A DNA stretch of 64,000 nt from Marsupella aquatica (GCA_973895155.1 OZ316895.1:7924184-7988183); one strand, 5' to 3'; counted from the stretch's first letter, positions 1 to 14,228 are shown. Notes: generated by a model not told the origin, from the sequence alone. A program made the numbers and translations.

Positions 1-1
1 G

Positions 2-835
2 TACCACAACGGCCCAATCCTCTCGGCCACTCCTCCAGTTCCCATCTACATTATCTGGTACGGTGATTTTAGCGAAGCCCACCGATCCATCGTGAGAGAT
101 TTCTTCGCTTCTTTCTCAGAAGGTGCTGATAGTCACCCAACAGTGAGCAGCTGGTGGAAGCTCACCAGTGGCTACAAAGATGCAGCAGGGTCAGCGGTAC
201 AAGGCAAATTGGAACTGAAAGCGGAGCTCTCCAACGCTTACACGAAAGGGAAGTCACTAGCTGTCACCGACCTCGAAGCATTGGTGATCGATTCTCTTGC
301 CACATTGCCCAAAGACTCCAACGGTATCTACCTCATCTTCACTTCGGAGGATACCTCTGTCGAAGGCTTCTGTATGAATTCATGCGGGTCTCACTTCGCC
401 ACACAGCCATCAGATGCTACCAATGGGCTGCAGCTGCCATACGGGTGGGTGGGGAACTCTGCTACTCAATGCCCAGGGATGTGCGCTTGGCCTTATGCCA
501 AGGCTCAGTATGGTCCTAATGTGGATCCCTTGGTGGCTCCCAACGGTGATATTGGGATGGATGGGATCATCATCAACTTGGGAACAATTCTTGCCGGTAC
601 TGCCACGAATCCGTTCAACAACGGGTTCTTTCAAGGAGATGCGGCTGCACCAGTGGAGGCAGCCTCTGCATGTACAGGGATTTACGGGGAGGATGCTTAC
701 CCAGGGTACCCTGGAAAGCTCCTCTCTGACGTCATCACTGGATCAAGCTACAATGTGAAGGGCGTGAATGATCGGATGTTCCTCTTGCCTGCAATCTGGG
801 ATCCAGCCACGCTCAAGTGCACACCTCCTTTGTAA
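2..835 (+). CDS. EXORDIUM/PHI-1-like protein, paralog 1 (5' end lies outside the window)
   Basis: The frame is open from base 2: YHNGPILS..IYIIWYG..V.SWW..GFCMNSCGSH..WVGNSATQCPGMCAWP..PNGDIGMDG..TNPFNNGFFQG..EAASACTGIYG..YPGYPG..LLPAIWDP..C. These are hallmark Phi-1/EXO motifs. No intron in the visible part. Confidence 0.95.
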   Translation, partial: YHNGPILSATPPVPIYIIWYGDFSEAHRSIVRDFFASFSEGADSHPTVSSWWKLTSGYKDAAGSAVQGKLELKAELSNAYTKGKSLAVTDLEALVIDSLATLPKDSNGIYLIFTSEDTSVEGFCMNSCGSHFATQPSDATNGLQLPYGWVGNSATQCPGMCAWPYAKAQYGPNVDPLVAPNGDIGMDGIIINLGTILAGTATNPFNNGFFQGDAAAPVEAASACTGIYGEDAYPGYPGKLLSDVITGSSYNVKGVNDRMFLLPAIWDPATLKCTPPL

Positions 836-1982
836 ATCTTGTAGAAAAGCGCTCTCATTGCTATGTAGTCAAAGAAACCACTCAACTGCGGCCACCACTA
901 TGTAGGATGTCCCACTTTCCGTAACTCTCCGGCATTCCTCTGCATTCTGAAGAGCTGTTCAGGAATGATAGATTACATGTATATAATTTTTGTAGGAAAT
1001 CTAATATCTGTATTTGCTCGGGATTGTTGTCCCTTATACAAGTGACCCTCATGAAAACGAGGGAAACACTTTTGTGATCACAAATTTTCTGATCCGAAGC
1101 TTGTCAGTGGATGAAATGCTGGAGTCGTTAGACATCTTGTTGTCCCTTCAGAATTTGTTGTGGAAGAAGCGTGGATGGATCCCAGATTAAAGAATCCAGA
1201 CTGATATGAATGAATGGATTGACTCTGTTACATTACCGTACAAGAGTTTACAGACTGGAAGAACGGACATGATTGAAGTGTATGATCCAGTGCTCACAAG
1301 GACCGCCAATCGGACTCCACCTGGTCGTATTCCCCACAAAAATGAAGAATAGAACCTTGAAGTGTCTTTGTGAAGGAGCATCAAACGACGATTATTTCAT
1401 GAACGTAGGAGTTTCGGTTGTCTGAAGTACGAGATCCACAGTGCTTCCCAATGCTGGACATTGACTCAAGCCATACAGAAATTTGAATTTCGTGGAACAC
1501 TTCATGTGCTGCATTCACGAATGTATGAAACACACTTCAAATGCGCGCCAAAAAGCGCAACCATCATCAATGTCAGAACGACGATGTTTATGGAATTCGG
1601 TGGATTTCATGAACGAAGAGACCGAGTGGACAATCCATAACTCGGAGATGAGAGATGAATTTCTTTCGATGCACATGGGGAAATATCAAGTTCAACCCGT
1701 GTACCAGTGTGAGCAGCCGGATTAGTATTAATCCCAGGCCATTCCATCCCAAAGTTTGTGAGGTGCACTCGACAAACTTCAATCTGCACACGCCACGGTT
1801 TAATGTACTGAGTGCAACTGCTTGCCAAGTGTACTTTCCATCACCAACCAATTCCCAAACTGGTATAAACGCTGGTAGATTTCTCCTAGGAAAAATTGAG
1901 TTACCATGGCAGCTCGCGACATATAAAGCTATCAGTCGAAAAGGTTTACAGTCCTTTTATCTATGAATAAAAACACTCTTCA

Positions 1983-2082
1983 AGGAAAAACGAAGGGTTA
2001 GAGTCCCTTGTCCAGAATGAAAAGACTGTTCGAGGAAAAACGAAGGGTTAGAGTCCCTTGTCCAGAATGAAAACACTGTTCG
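1983..2082. repeat. Tandem duplication, 50-bp unit x2
   Basis: aggaaaaacgaagggttagagtcccttgtccagaatgaaaa(g/c)actgttcg occurs twice, with one mismatch. Confidence 0.9.
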
Positions 2083-4534
2083 AGGAGAAACAAGGATTAC
2101 AGTCAGCGGCACCTGAAAATCTGGCAGAAAAACAAAAACTGTGTTGTACATTAATATTTCTACATCTGCGAATTGAAGAATGAAGGACCAGTAGAAAAAT
2201 GTTTATAGGAGGTATAATAATGACAGCATATTAAAACATGCTACAGCACACAAATTTAATAAGCCCTTCAAAACGCAGTATAACGTACAAACAAATTTAT
2301 GAAGCCATGCAAAGCATTCAAAGCACGGACAATAGCTTTTAGTTCAGAAGCGACCTATTATTTGGATACGGAGGACAACGCAACGAGGGACTCGAATTCC
2401 TTTTAGAATCCTGCACGCTACAGTCACACACAATGTTTCCTGATCTCACCATGAAACCACCAGCATAGCCGTTTTCCACACAACATGCAGAGCACTGTCT
2501 ATTTATATTCCTGCCATGAACTCTGGCTGGGAAGGTCGGAAATATAGAATCTTTAACAGAGGCCAATTTGAAGATCATGTGTGCATGCTGTTCCATGTCC
2601 TGATCGTTGGGAAAGACCGGAAAATTCTCCACAGCTAAAATGAATAGAAACACTGCCGAACAAATGACATACGAGTAATATCCAGGCCTGAAAGAAGGTG
2701 TACCGATGTTGGATCCTCTGCAAAGTACTTGCACCATCAGAAATTTTCGTCAGCCACATGCAATGTACAGAATATCAGGAACTCAACTGCAAGCTGAACT
2801 TCATTCATTGTACCAGAAGCTAGCATGCCGATAACTGCTTTACATTGCCCAAATGATGAAAAGGCTTTACAACACTTAACTTCCACAGAAACGGAGAGTC
2901 ATGGAAGACCAGTTAAGTTTCGTGAAGTTCTCGCTAGAGTCTTCTTTGACAATTACCTCCTGAATCCGTCGCAACATCCTTCCAGAGTTCGACTGGTGAA
3001 ATTGGCGCATGATGTATTCAATGACATGTCCCACAACAATTGCAGCCAAACGACGGTCTTATAGTGGAATCGACTTTACTTTGTAACTGACATTGTGTGT
3101 ACAGCTCTCACTGCAGTGCTGTCATGAAGTTGAATGAAGAACGGCACATGGGCATTAATAGGTGAAGTACTTCTCAGGTGGAGATGGATGCTACAGAACA
3201 GCTCAGTATCGTTTGGCGAGGAAGCTGAGTGAGCAGTTGGCGAACTTCCTGTGAAGTGGATGCCTTGTGGGATTGTGGGCCCCTGTTTCTTCATTGATGG
3301 CATGCAAGAATGGACCGCAAGCGTACACTGTCTTCCACATCCTTTCCCCTGCATGGACGTCAATCGAGTGTGACTCATATCTGCCTCATAACATGGCTTT
3401 TACATTCATTCACTTTTCGACACGGGCTGAAGCATTAGAATTAACTGGCTCGACCAAATTGCGTACAAGTGCAGTATGCCCTCGACTGTTGGGAAATACT
3501 CGAGACTTAACCTGGTTGGTGCTTCTGGCCACAGACGCATGTGCATGCAGTAATTATAGAGACAGTGATTTTGTTATTCACCAGGGACGCCGATAGCTAT
3601 ATATGATTCTGTAAAAAACTCACCAACACTTAATTGCGTGCTTACCAAAGAAACTAGCCGCGACGAGGGTACGGTCAACACTAATTATCCGCGATCCAAC
3701 GATCCATGCATGGGCACATTATGATCCGGGTAAATGAGAATCAAGTCCCCGAGCATGACAGATGAGGACAGAAGTGACGCAGATCGTCAGCATGTGACTT
3801 CAAGGACAGAGGTTCCATTTACTCGAAGATTGTTTCGAAGTTGTAGGAAAGGAAACTCAGCATTGACTGTCTAGGTTGCTACAGATAAGAGTTTTCATTC
3901 ATTTAACTGCCCCCCAAATTGGGCACGAGCACTTCATTGAGAGTATTGACAGCCAGGGAAAAAAGGATCGAGACTCTAACCATAATTACTTCATTCTCGT
4001 AGTGATTTGGGCAGTCTCAAAAGTGCACCAAAGTTTTCCATCATCGATCACACTAATATAAATATATAAATTTCTTTCATATATGTCCTCTAAGCTTCAT
4101 TGAACGGATTTGGTGCTGACTGAGTCAGTGCCTCGGTTCTCGTTGTGTTTCATCGGTGATAACCTCTCCTTCCCGACATCATGGACAGTGACGGTCGCGC
4201 AATTTATTGTGGTATCGTGCCTCACCTAGAATGCAATGGCTCTAGCTACCTTCAATGCTTCAACCACGTTACCGCATTTTTCTTCTTTTCCTAAACCTGA
4301 GCGGACAGTGACTTGAAGAGTGATCGACTCGTGGAGATCAATTCAGGATCGAAGTTCCCTATGTGTATCCTCTGTTCTCGGAAAGACTCGACGTGGCCTG
4401 GCATACAATCCGGAAGCTGAAAGTATATAGCACTGGACGTACTGTTCAGCTTGACAGCCTTGTAACTACAGCATTGTGCAAACTTGCGATTCAAATTGGG
4501 AGTAATGCCAACTGTGCTCCATACACACAGCAGG

Positions 4535-5769
4535 ATGGGTAGGGTGTGTGTGCTTTTACTGATTCTTATGTGTTACGTTACGTCTGGTATGTGTGCATTC
4601 CATCGATCACCTCGTGAAATTGCAATGTCCCGTAACGCCATGACACGGAACAAAATGGCGCTTATGCGGGATCGGGGCCTTGTTGCCAATCCAGATAGAT
4701 TAGTGCAGGACGATCCCCTCATTCTATCATACCATAATGGGCCTGTTCTATCTGGAGACAGTATTCTTGTTTACGTCATTTACTACGGGAACTTCACTGC
4801 TTCCCAGCGTTCCATGATCTCCGATTTCCTGAATTCTTTCCAATCGCATGAGGTACCTTCCCCATCGGTGGCAGACTGGTGGGGGCTGACCGTTGAGTAC
4901 AGAGATAGTAAGGACGAACCGGTGTCTGAGGCCGTGCAGCTAGGTGGAGAACGTAGCGATACTGCTTACTCAAAGGGCAAGAGTCTGAAGATCACGGATA
5001 TCGAAGACCTGATTCTCGGGCAAATTCGAAACCGGAAATTGCAAACGAATCATAAGGGTATCTACGTGGTACTGACTTCTGACGACGTGGAAGTGGAAGA
5101 TTTTTGTAAAAACCAATGTGCCTCTCATTTCGCAACGAAGCCCCTCGACGCCACTGATGGTCGACATCTCGTCTATGCTTGGGCGGGCAATGCGATCAAG
5201 CAATGTCCTAGCAGATGTGCGTGGCCTTTCGCAAAAGCTGAGTACGGCCCAAGAAACCAAAAGGCCTTGAAGGCTCCCAACCAAGATGCGGGAATCGATG
5301 GGATGATCATTAACATGGCGGAAATGATTGCGGGAGCTGCAACCAATCCTTTCAACAGTGGCTATTACCAGGGTGATGCTGCAGCGCCGTTGGAGGCTGC
5401 TACAGCTTGTGCAGGTCAGAATGACATAATTATGAGTTCCTGCAGTGTCTCAAATATTACTTCTCCATTTATCAACGTTGTCTATCGTTATCTGGAATCA
5501 TCATGATAAGTTATATTAATTCCTCCCTACTATATTTATGGTAGGTTTCTTTACAATCTTCATGAATCGTTTGACTGCATGCAGGCATATTTGGAGAAGG
5601 CGCGTACCCAGGAGAACCGGGTAAGCTGCTCGTCGACCAGAAGTCTGGAGCAAGCTTCAATGCTCATGGCTTAAGAGACCGCAAGTTTATGCTGCCAGCA
5701 CTTTGGAACCCACTAGATTTGCAATGTACTCCTCCACAATCAGCTAACAACGAGAAAAAGAATGATTAA
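4535..5769 (+). CDS. EXORDIUM/PHI-1-like protein, paralog 2; two exons (4535-5414, 5585-5769)
   Basis: Signal-peptide-like MGRVCVLLLILMCYVTSG (alternative ATG at 4505), then LSYHNGPVL, QCPSRCAWP and TNPFNSGYYQG. A GT..AG phase-1 intron at 5415-5584 restores the conserved C-terminus GIFGEGAYPGEPG..FMLPALWNP..C, with TAA at 5767-5769. The ORF-track tail (QNDIIMSS...) is intron read-through. Confidence 0.92.
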
Positions 5770-8700
5770 ATATTGCAAGCACTAAGAAGAGAATTAGCTT
5801 CCGCTGGGTCAGTAACAGGAAGTGCTATTTAAATTCTGCCAACAGAGAATCTATTTTCTTTTTAAACTATCATCTAGGGTAGCAAGATTTTACTCTTCGT
5901 CCAAAGAGCACCTCAGAGAGTCCGATTTCATCGTCAGCTGTTATTACTGAAATATCTCCAGTGTCTAGTTATCACCGCCTACAGGACATGTATCCGTCGT
6001 GCATAGATCTATTCCGAGATAAATGGATTGTAGTATTTTATATCTTCAAATGTGAAATCTGTGGTAAAGTTGTTTCCTATTCGTACCCTGTCCCGGCCAC
6101 GGAAGATGCATGAACAACTATATGAGATGTCACGCGCTTCACCGCAGTTTTCAGTCGCAGGCGGTCAACTGGCACAGATTGTCCTTGAATTTCCATTGCT
6201 CAACTCAGCACAGGTCTTACTGTTGCGTACGTAATCGTCTAGATGTCGTACTCTTGATATTGCTGATATTTGGAATGAGATTTTGGGGATTTCCCAGCAT
6301 TTGCCCTGACATATGATTGATTTCAGGGAAGCAGGCGGTAGCTCACAGAACCACTCACTGTCGGAACATGAATTCAAAAAATATGCTTTTAGAGAGCAAT
6401 CGATCAGTTCGTTAAATCTGAGCTTAAACTTACAGCCTGTCCTTCGCTTAAACGTACCGAAATATGCTGTAAGAAAACCTGCATGTTGGGGAAACCTTCC
6501 GTAGTCTGCGGCCATTTTTCTTAGTAATTGCCTTCTTCGACTCATAAATGTGTGAATCGCACGGACATAGCTGACAAGGCATATAGAACTCCAACAGTTT
6601 CTCCTTATTCGCTGTACTTTGAAGATCAAGGAATCACTCTCGTGTTTCCGAACGACTCGAATTAGCTGGCGAGCTGGCACACGATCACTAGGTTGAAGAA
6701 GCAAATTAGCCTTCATTTTCGAAATAGCTTCTTGTATTTCATTCCAGGCCCTTGTCGAGGACTGGACCGTTGGATTCCGGCAACTCACTGAGAACAGAAC
6801 GAAAGACTGGGTTATTTCTCGTGGCAAACTCCAGGATGCGGTTTGAAGTTCTCTATTGTAAGACTTTGGAAAATTATCTTACAGCTTGTCAATCGTCTAG
6901 GCTCATTGCGTATGACTCTGCTCAGCGTTGGAACTCCAACTAGAGTCTCGGGGAATTTTACAATCACTGATCTATCATGTGTCAAGTGCATCCATCATGA
7001 AAGACTAGTGTGTTCAGGCGGGATAACATTTGTACTGATCTATTAACTTTGTATTAAGTGAATCCTAAGTCACTAAGGTCTGGATCCATGGAAGGCTCGT
7101 TTCCCAGGAAGATTATGAAGAAGAGATCGAGAATTGATAGTTCAGAATTAATTATCCTGACCTCAACAATAGGATGGTTTCCGGAGACTATTATTCTCGA
7201 AATGTGCATATATTGGTCGTCTACAACCCGTGACTGATCGTGAAACTCTTTGTCATTAGTAGCCGCAAATATGGAACATTCAGCAGGTAAAGATTACCAC
7301 CCGCCTCTCGCTTTCGCTGCAGGCAAGTGCGGCTGGAGTCTGACAAGCCAATTGAACCTGGAGAAGTGGTTATCCATGAGTTCTGTTACAGGCTGGTGAT
7401 ACACCAGGATCGGATGACCTGCATGGACATAGAAAATACTTCAGAGAACAGCTTTGGGCAAGGACGTCCCTTGGAGTGCGCAAGATGTACATAACCGGGC
7501 CAATTATCGTGAGAACTGGGGAACCAACCTAGCTAGGGAAGTACTTTCTTGTCTAAGCTGCATTGAACCTGTCCATAGGCTTCTAAGACAAGATTCTTTG
7601 AAAGTCCCCGTCCCAGTCCCAGTCCCTAGGCTGGCCAAACGTCGACCTCGACAGGCTAGCATATATTCGTCTGGTTGAGGTACAACACATACCCTCTGCT
7701 CATAACAATTTGCAACACATCACACGGGTTGGCGACCTCTGCGACTTGGTGAACGTGCGTCTCACCATCTCATGTCAACTGATTTGTTACTGTCAGCAAT
7801 TGCCCGTTGTGATGGTAGGACTGTCGGGTAATTATAGCTGGACCGGCCAGAACACCACTGTCCTGACTGGACACCTGATTTCTGGCTACCAAGCAGCGGT
7901 GTTGTGGCCAATTTATGGAGTCCAACAACTTAACGAGTTCCTCTCTGGATGAGAGTCTGGTCGGAGGATACCTTATCATTACTTCCAAGCTACAGTCAAT
8001 GATAATTCGGGAGATCATGTACTGTAGCGTCACTGTTTCTTGATTTAGAAGATTGCAACAGCTTATTCAAAGCGTAAGAAACCACTGTAGCGTCATTGTG
8101 CCCCTGAGGCTCGAGCTCCAACCAAGTCAGCCACATCTAGGAGAGCTGGACACGGGATTGAGCTACAACAAATCCACCAAGTACGTACTATGCACAGTAC
8201 CCATTCCGAATTTCAAAGACCCCAAAGTCCACGACGTACGGTACCGTTCCCTCTGTGCATGGTGTGTACAATGTCAAACAATTATTGAGCCTGACGAAGC
8301 CAAGTTTTCGACGTACATGCCTACAGGGCCTTGTTGGCATGCGTGGAGCCAGCATCGGCTAACGCACCAGGACCACCAGCGCTGTGGCCTTGACAGAGCT
8401 CTTCAGCCAGCTAGGATTGGATTGCACTGCAGAAAAGTCTGGGCAAAGCCCGCGCAAAGAGCTTCAAAATTCGAGGATCGACAGGTTTAAAGTTTGCTCA
8501 TCCAGTTCTATAGTGAGTTGCCGACTGAAGGGACTTCAGCATAACTGTTTGTGCTCTGTATATATTGTTGGTCAGAACGCCTTAAACCTACAAGAAGTTG
8601 AACCTGGAAAAACCCCAGAAAACCACGAATTAAAGACAGAGTTCTGGAATTTAAAACGTATTTTTGAAAACACCTTGACGTTAAACGAACACCAAGCTTT

Positions 8701-9342
8701 GGCTTAATAACAGCTCAGGCTTCACAGCGACCGACATGCTTTGGTCATCGTCGCGCACTATGCTCGATCATCACTGCTGTCACGGGTGAATTAATTTAAT
8801 TACCGTAATGTGGTGTTTTGATTCTGTATCTGTGGTCCAAATTGAGGACAATTGGTACCTGGTCATTATCCCTTGACCCGATCGAGTTGCTTGGATCCTA
8901 GATATATGAAACCACGAATTTAGGTTTTTTCTCGACATATTTGCTCAGCTGTACATGTTTACTTGGATCCAACATTAGTAAATTGGAAGTCATTCTCAAC
9001 AACAGAAGAGACGAACAAGCTGGTATTTCCACAAGTTGATATATCATCCTTTTGTCATTCTCCCAGTCTAGATGAAATCGTGACGAGAATCTAGCAGGAT
9101 GCAGATTCTATAATCCTCGTTGTAAATTGTGGAATCTTCCAGCAAACTGCTCCGGATTGTTGAGTAGTTTTCTCGTTAATCTTGTAGGGCAATAGTTTGA
9201 AGTGCAGAAGTTTGCTACCAAAATATGGATCTTTTCACGTTTTATTTGTTTTAGTTACGTTCTCCTTGTCCTAACCCTATTCAGATTGGTTTGGAATGAG
9301 TGGGCACAAAGAAGGCTGCAAAGAAAATAATTACTTGCATTG

Positions 9343-9412
9343 GAATTCCTCGATTCCCAAATTCATGAATGGATGTAGAATTCCTCGATTCCCAAATTCA
9401 TGAATGGATGTA
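9343..9412. repeat. Tandem duplication, 35-bp unit x2
   Basis: gaattcctcgattcccaaattcatgaatggatgta occurs twice exactly. Confidence 0.9.
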
Positions 9413-10864
9413 AGTACTCCTGAGCAAGAAATTTCTCACTTCTATGAACTGGATGCTGCTATTGCCTCTTTTAGCCAAACAGGGAACATATTGCTGAGGA
9501 CAGTGTTTTTCTCTTTCCAATACCGCTCACGGCCGGATCTGTTCCTGTAAAGAATTTGCCTCGGACCTCAATAATATTCGGCGGTGCAATATAGTAAAAT
9601 TGATCGTATGTCTGTATACCATGTTAAATCGTCGCCTAGAACTGCAGGTGTCAATCGCTTCTCCGCGAAGTAAGGAACTCACTGGGCAATACTGCAGAAG
9701 ACAACAGCGAGCACAGACAGTAATTTCGCTATTCGCTGATCACAGATGCAGACTGTTTTGACCGCTATGTACAAACCTGCAGAGCATCGTCTTGTAATTT
9801 GTACCGTGAGTCAAAGTCCCGATTGCTGTAATGATGAACAGGAGGCAGAGTTCCAACTAGCTCATCAGCCGTTAACACTTGGGTGCTCTGAAGAGCTTTT
9901 AATGAAGTCTTACTTGGTCGCCTTCTGTTGTTGTATGAGTCGAAGCTTACTTTATGTCACTGACATGTGAAAAGCTGCCTTTCTTCGTCACAATCCTAAT
10001 TGATGCCATAATTATGAGCTGTTGAGAACGAGGTCTCTCGAGCTATATGGTCTAGATCGAATGGAAGAGATCAAACAAATGCAGCAAATACTAGAATGAT
10101 GCAATCTCTCTGTGAGTTGAAGGGTCTAAATGATCCCATGTGCACTTTCTTGCTTTGTCTCTTTGATGTTTTGGACGCCCTCCTTTGAAACCCATCTCAT
10201 GAGAAGGATCTCTGAATGAGAGAGGCAAAGTCATGCAATGTTTCCGGGTGGCCAGGCGTTAACTTGGCTGTGTAGATAGTGAGCCAGAAAGGGCGTGAAT
10301 GCTTTATCAATGGACAAAATCATTTCTCTAATTATTTCTTATGGCAGAACTAAAGATAAGATGATCATGCTTTCCCACCTACAGCACTTCATGCTTATTT
10401 AAATAGGCTGGCCATCCTGAAACATTGGTGGTTGGTACAATCCCTCGGTATCGTTGTATTGGTGGTTACCTCAGTGATTCTCACATTTATCTCAAAGTTC
10501 ATCAAAGTCCCAACACCTGAATCATAGAATAACCAACTGAAGGTTAGTTTAGCCAAGATTGTCCTCATCCTGGAAAACAAATTAAAAAATGATGTGTAAC
10601 CAAAGATAAAAGTATTTGCTAAGTCATAGGAATCCTGATTCAAATCTCAGAGCGAGGAAAATTGTCAGAAACCCTATGAGCAATCGGAAGTGCAATACCT
10701 GGATTGACCTCACCATTGAAAAAGTCATTTGAGTGGGAAAAATTACAGAGCAGGTAGAAATGAGGATCACAAGTAGTGCAAAAAGTGTGAATGTTTTAAA
10801 ACTGCCACCGGCCATATAAAAGAGGGAAGTGTCCAAGACTTCTCCTCTCCCATTCCATATTGTT

Positions 10865-10946
10865 TCACAATTTCAAGAAAGAATACTATTTATGGTGAAA
10901 CCTAGTCACAATTTCAAGAAAGAATACTATTTATGGTGAAACTTAG
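10865..10946. repeat. Tandem duplication, 41-bp unit x2
   Basis: tcacaatttcaagaaagaatactatttatggtgaaac(c/t)tag occurs twice. Confidence 0.9.
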
Positions 10947-12257
10947 TGTAGCCAGGTTCTTGTCATGGCTAGTGGTGGCTTAATACCAAGATGAACAATA
11001 AACATTTCAAGAGTTACACTCCTTTCATTACATAGTAAGTTGCACACATACTGATAGAGTCACCCGAATTATTTTGGAAGTGACGTTGATACTGATCGGG
11101 TGGCCCAATAGTATGTGATACTACCTAAGTACAGTACCTAGCTGTCAAACAATGTGGCATAGTCATTTTACAATCAGCAATTTAATTGGAACTCCCCTGG
11201 CTGGGATACTCAGTCGATTCACTTAGTTTCTTGTGATCCATCGAGCTCAAATTAATTTAGAGTTTTTATTGGGCTCAGTGAAAGATTTCTAATTTTTTGT
11301 GGAAAAATGCCAGCCAGAGGGATTTTCATCCAATTTTCCTTGGAATTGGATTTTCATCCAATTTTGAGCATCAATAAAATTTAATGGGTTTGGAATGGGT
11401 TCTTAAACAAATCTGAATTTTTTCTAGAATATTCCATAATATTAGTGGTCAGAATATTATTTTAGGCTATAATTACCCGCCTTGGTGTGAGGCCTCCAAG
11501 GTAACTCCCTGATTATCAAACAATAGATGACAAATTAGACTTGTTGAGAAGCTTTCTAAGAATACAAGGTATGACAGATTTTCATGTGTGACAAGAGATA
11601 GTTAAGGGGGCATCCAAAGTTTGACCATTAATATGAATTCCTCTGCCAGATTCCTCATGTTGCAAGAAACAAAATAATTTGCAAGGATCTGGTCTAAATA
11701 CTTCTCACATGTGCTTGTATTGATGATATTTTACTTCAATATTGATCTTTGCCTCTCCTTCTAGTAAACAAAATAGTTTCTATTGTTATCAAGGTGAAAC
11801 AAATGTGGCCATCAAGTGTGGTGGCATCCGCAGTACTCACTACTAAAGCACAGTGACTTAAGTATTCTTTTGCCTCCCACCGATCAACTCCTGCTCCTCA
11901 GCAAACCATTTGAGCTTCATTGAATTGTGGGATTCCATTTAATTTTAATAGATTTTTATTAATCTGGCCCCCAAACTAACAGGATTTTCTAAATGGTGCC
12001 TTGTCACATGCCGAGGCCCTACACCAATGAGGACAGAGGTTGAGTTACACCCATATACAAACCAAGGTCAGTTTAGTATATAGATTTGTTTGGGGAACAC
12101 TTTAGTAAATACTTTTAGTTTAGGGACAGACTCATAAAAAACTGTTAATTTCAATCTCACATTTGAGTAAAATGAAGCCAGTTTGATAGACCCTAGGGTT
12201 TGTCAAAATGTTCCCATGGATTTTTGCAACTCAGATGGACCACATTGTACTCACAAT

Positions 12258-12601
12258 TGTTGAGTATAGATGACAATCGCAACGGCAAGCCCATGAATCA
12301 TCCAACGCACAAGAGTCGACACAGAGAGAAACGTGGTTCACCTCCACATGAGGCTACGTCCACGGGAACACACAAGAGCTTTACTGCACTCTAAGCCGAC
12401 CGGCCATACCAAGCATTCACAACGCAAGCTTTTCCTATCTCTCAACTGGCTCCGTAACAATGAGCCTAAGTTCCCACTCTCCAAGCAAACACCGCTTGGG
12501 TATAGAGTGTGCACAACATGACTAACCTAACCAAGTCTGCAACTAAGGTAGCCTTAACTACGATACAGTCGTTACTCTAGACCTAAGAGTAAATCCTAAC
12601 A
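12258..12601 (-). repeat. 3' LTR of the decayed copia (about 344 bp, TG...CA)
   Basis: Runs tgttgagtata...cctaaca on the plus strand, lies next to the PPT, and is homologous in reverse complement to 53150-53494. Confidence 0.85.
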
Positions 12602-12926
12602 ATCTCCCCCTTGACTCTGGTCTAGGGGAGGGTAAAGACTGCTACCAATATGATTGCTCAGCGGGAAGTTCTGGAAAGAAAAACCAAACCAATTTTTCTC
12701 TCTTTATACGATAGTAGACCAGAACTAAGTCGTAGCCTATACAAGGAATGAGCATATCTCAATATCTACACAAATGTTAAGTAACCCTACTTGTGAGGCA
12801 ATTGCAAACCTACAACACATCACGGTGTCTAGAAAAACTCTCCAAAGGAATCACTTTGGTAAAAGTGTTAGTCGAGTTGAGTTTACTGTCAATCTTGACT
12901 AGCTCAAATTAACATATTATCAGACA

Positions 12927-13256
12927 CTCGGGCGGGTCACTTCCATGAAAGTGGCACATCATGTGCGACGAAGTATAGGCCCATTTAAACAGGTGTGGCG
13001 AAAGACTTCCAAAGTTTGGTGGAAGAACACATAGGGCATGTTTTATTGACTCATAAACTTTAAAGAACACATAGGCCTATTTAATTGCAAAAATACTTTC
13101 TTTAAAGTTTTAAGGGGTTTTTCTAGTAAAAAATGACAAAATTTTTAAAAAGAAAGGGTTTTGCAAAAAAAATATTTTCACTTATAAGTTAGGGGGGTCA
13201 AACCCTAAAACGTTGCACGCAATGTATGACCCTCCATGTAGTGACCCCCCCTCAAG
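12927..13256. mobile_element. MITE (non-autonomous DNA transposon), copy 1, inserted in the copia RNase H region
   Basis: Imperfect TIRs ctcgggcgggtcacttccatg / catgtagtgacccccc..aag, a perfect 8-bp TSD ATCAGACA (12919-12926 and 13257-13264), and an AT-rich interior. Confidence 0.85.
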
Positions 13257-14228
13257 ATCAGACACAGCTTGCCTAAAAAATAGTATCTGACGTCAATGTG
13301 TTTCACTCCACTGTCCATCACCTTGTTCACAACAAGGTGGAGCGCACTTTGACTGTCACAATGGAGCTTCACATTCCCCTATGGCAATCCCATCTCAGTG
13401 ATCAGTCTATCCTGGAACCAAATAACTTCCTTTGCTGCTTTTGCTTCTGCAACATACTCCGCTTTTGTAGTAAACTGAGCAATACACTTCTGCAAAGTAG
13501 ACCTCCAACTTATGCATCCACCGCCAAGTGTGAATACATAACATGTTGTTGATCTCCTCCAATCCAGATCCTATGCATAGTCAGCATCTACATAGCCCAT
13601 CAATGATCTAGCATTATCAGCATGTGCATCAAACAATAGACCATGATCCACGATACTCTTCAAGTACCGAATAATCTATTTTACTACTTCCCAATGTACC
13701 TTCCTTGGATTCAACATGTAGTTGTTCACCTTGCCCATAGCCATGGCAAGATCAGGTCTAGTGCAAGTTATCAAATACATGACTCCCCACTGCCTTGTCA
13801 TATTAAGGAACCTTTGACATCAGCCCCTTCTTTGTCTCATGTATAGGATAGAAAGCTAATGACAACTTGAACTATGGAGCCAACGGGGTACTTACTGGCT
13901 TGCTATCCCCCATGTTGAACCTTGCAATTACCTTCCTCGCATAACTGCTCTGCGTCAACCATACCTTACCAGCCTCCAAGTCCCTAGTGATCTCCATACC
14001 CAAAATCCTCTTAGCTGGCCCTAAATCCTTCATCTTAAACTCTACACTAAGCAGTGCCTTGAGCTTAACAATCTCAGACCTATCATTGTCCGCAATAAGC
14101 ATGTCATCCACATAAAGTACTAAAACAATAAACCCAAAGATAACATTCTTCACTGGTTTAAGATACACACAAGGGTCAAACACACTCGATCTTGTGTAAG
14201 CCTTGTGCAAGAATCCAATAATCAAACC

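Noticed and set aside
6165-6827. 220-aa minus-strand ORF
   Set aside because: No recognisable domain and no supporting exon structure; probably a chance ORF.
7300-8500. Several 75-145-aa ORFs with coding-like composition
   Set aside because: I could not assign a family or build a consistent exon chain.
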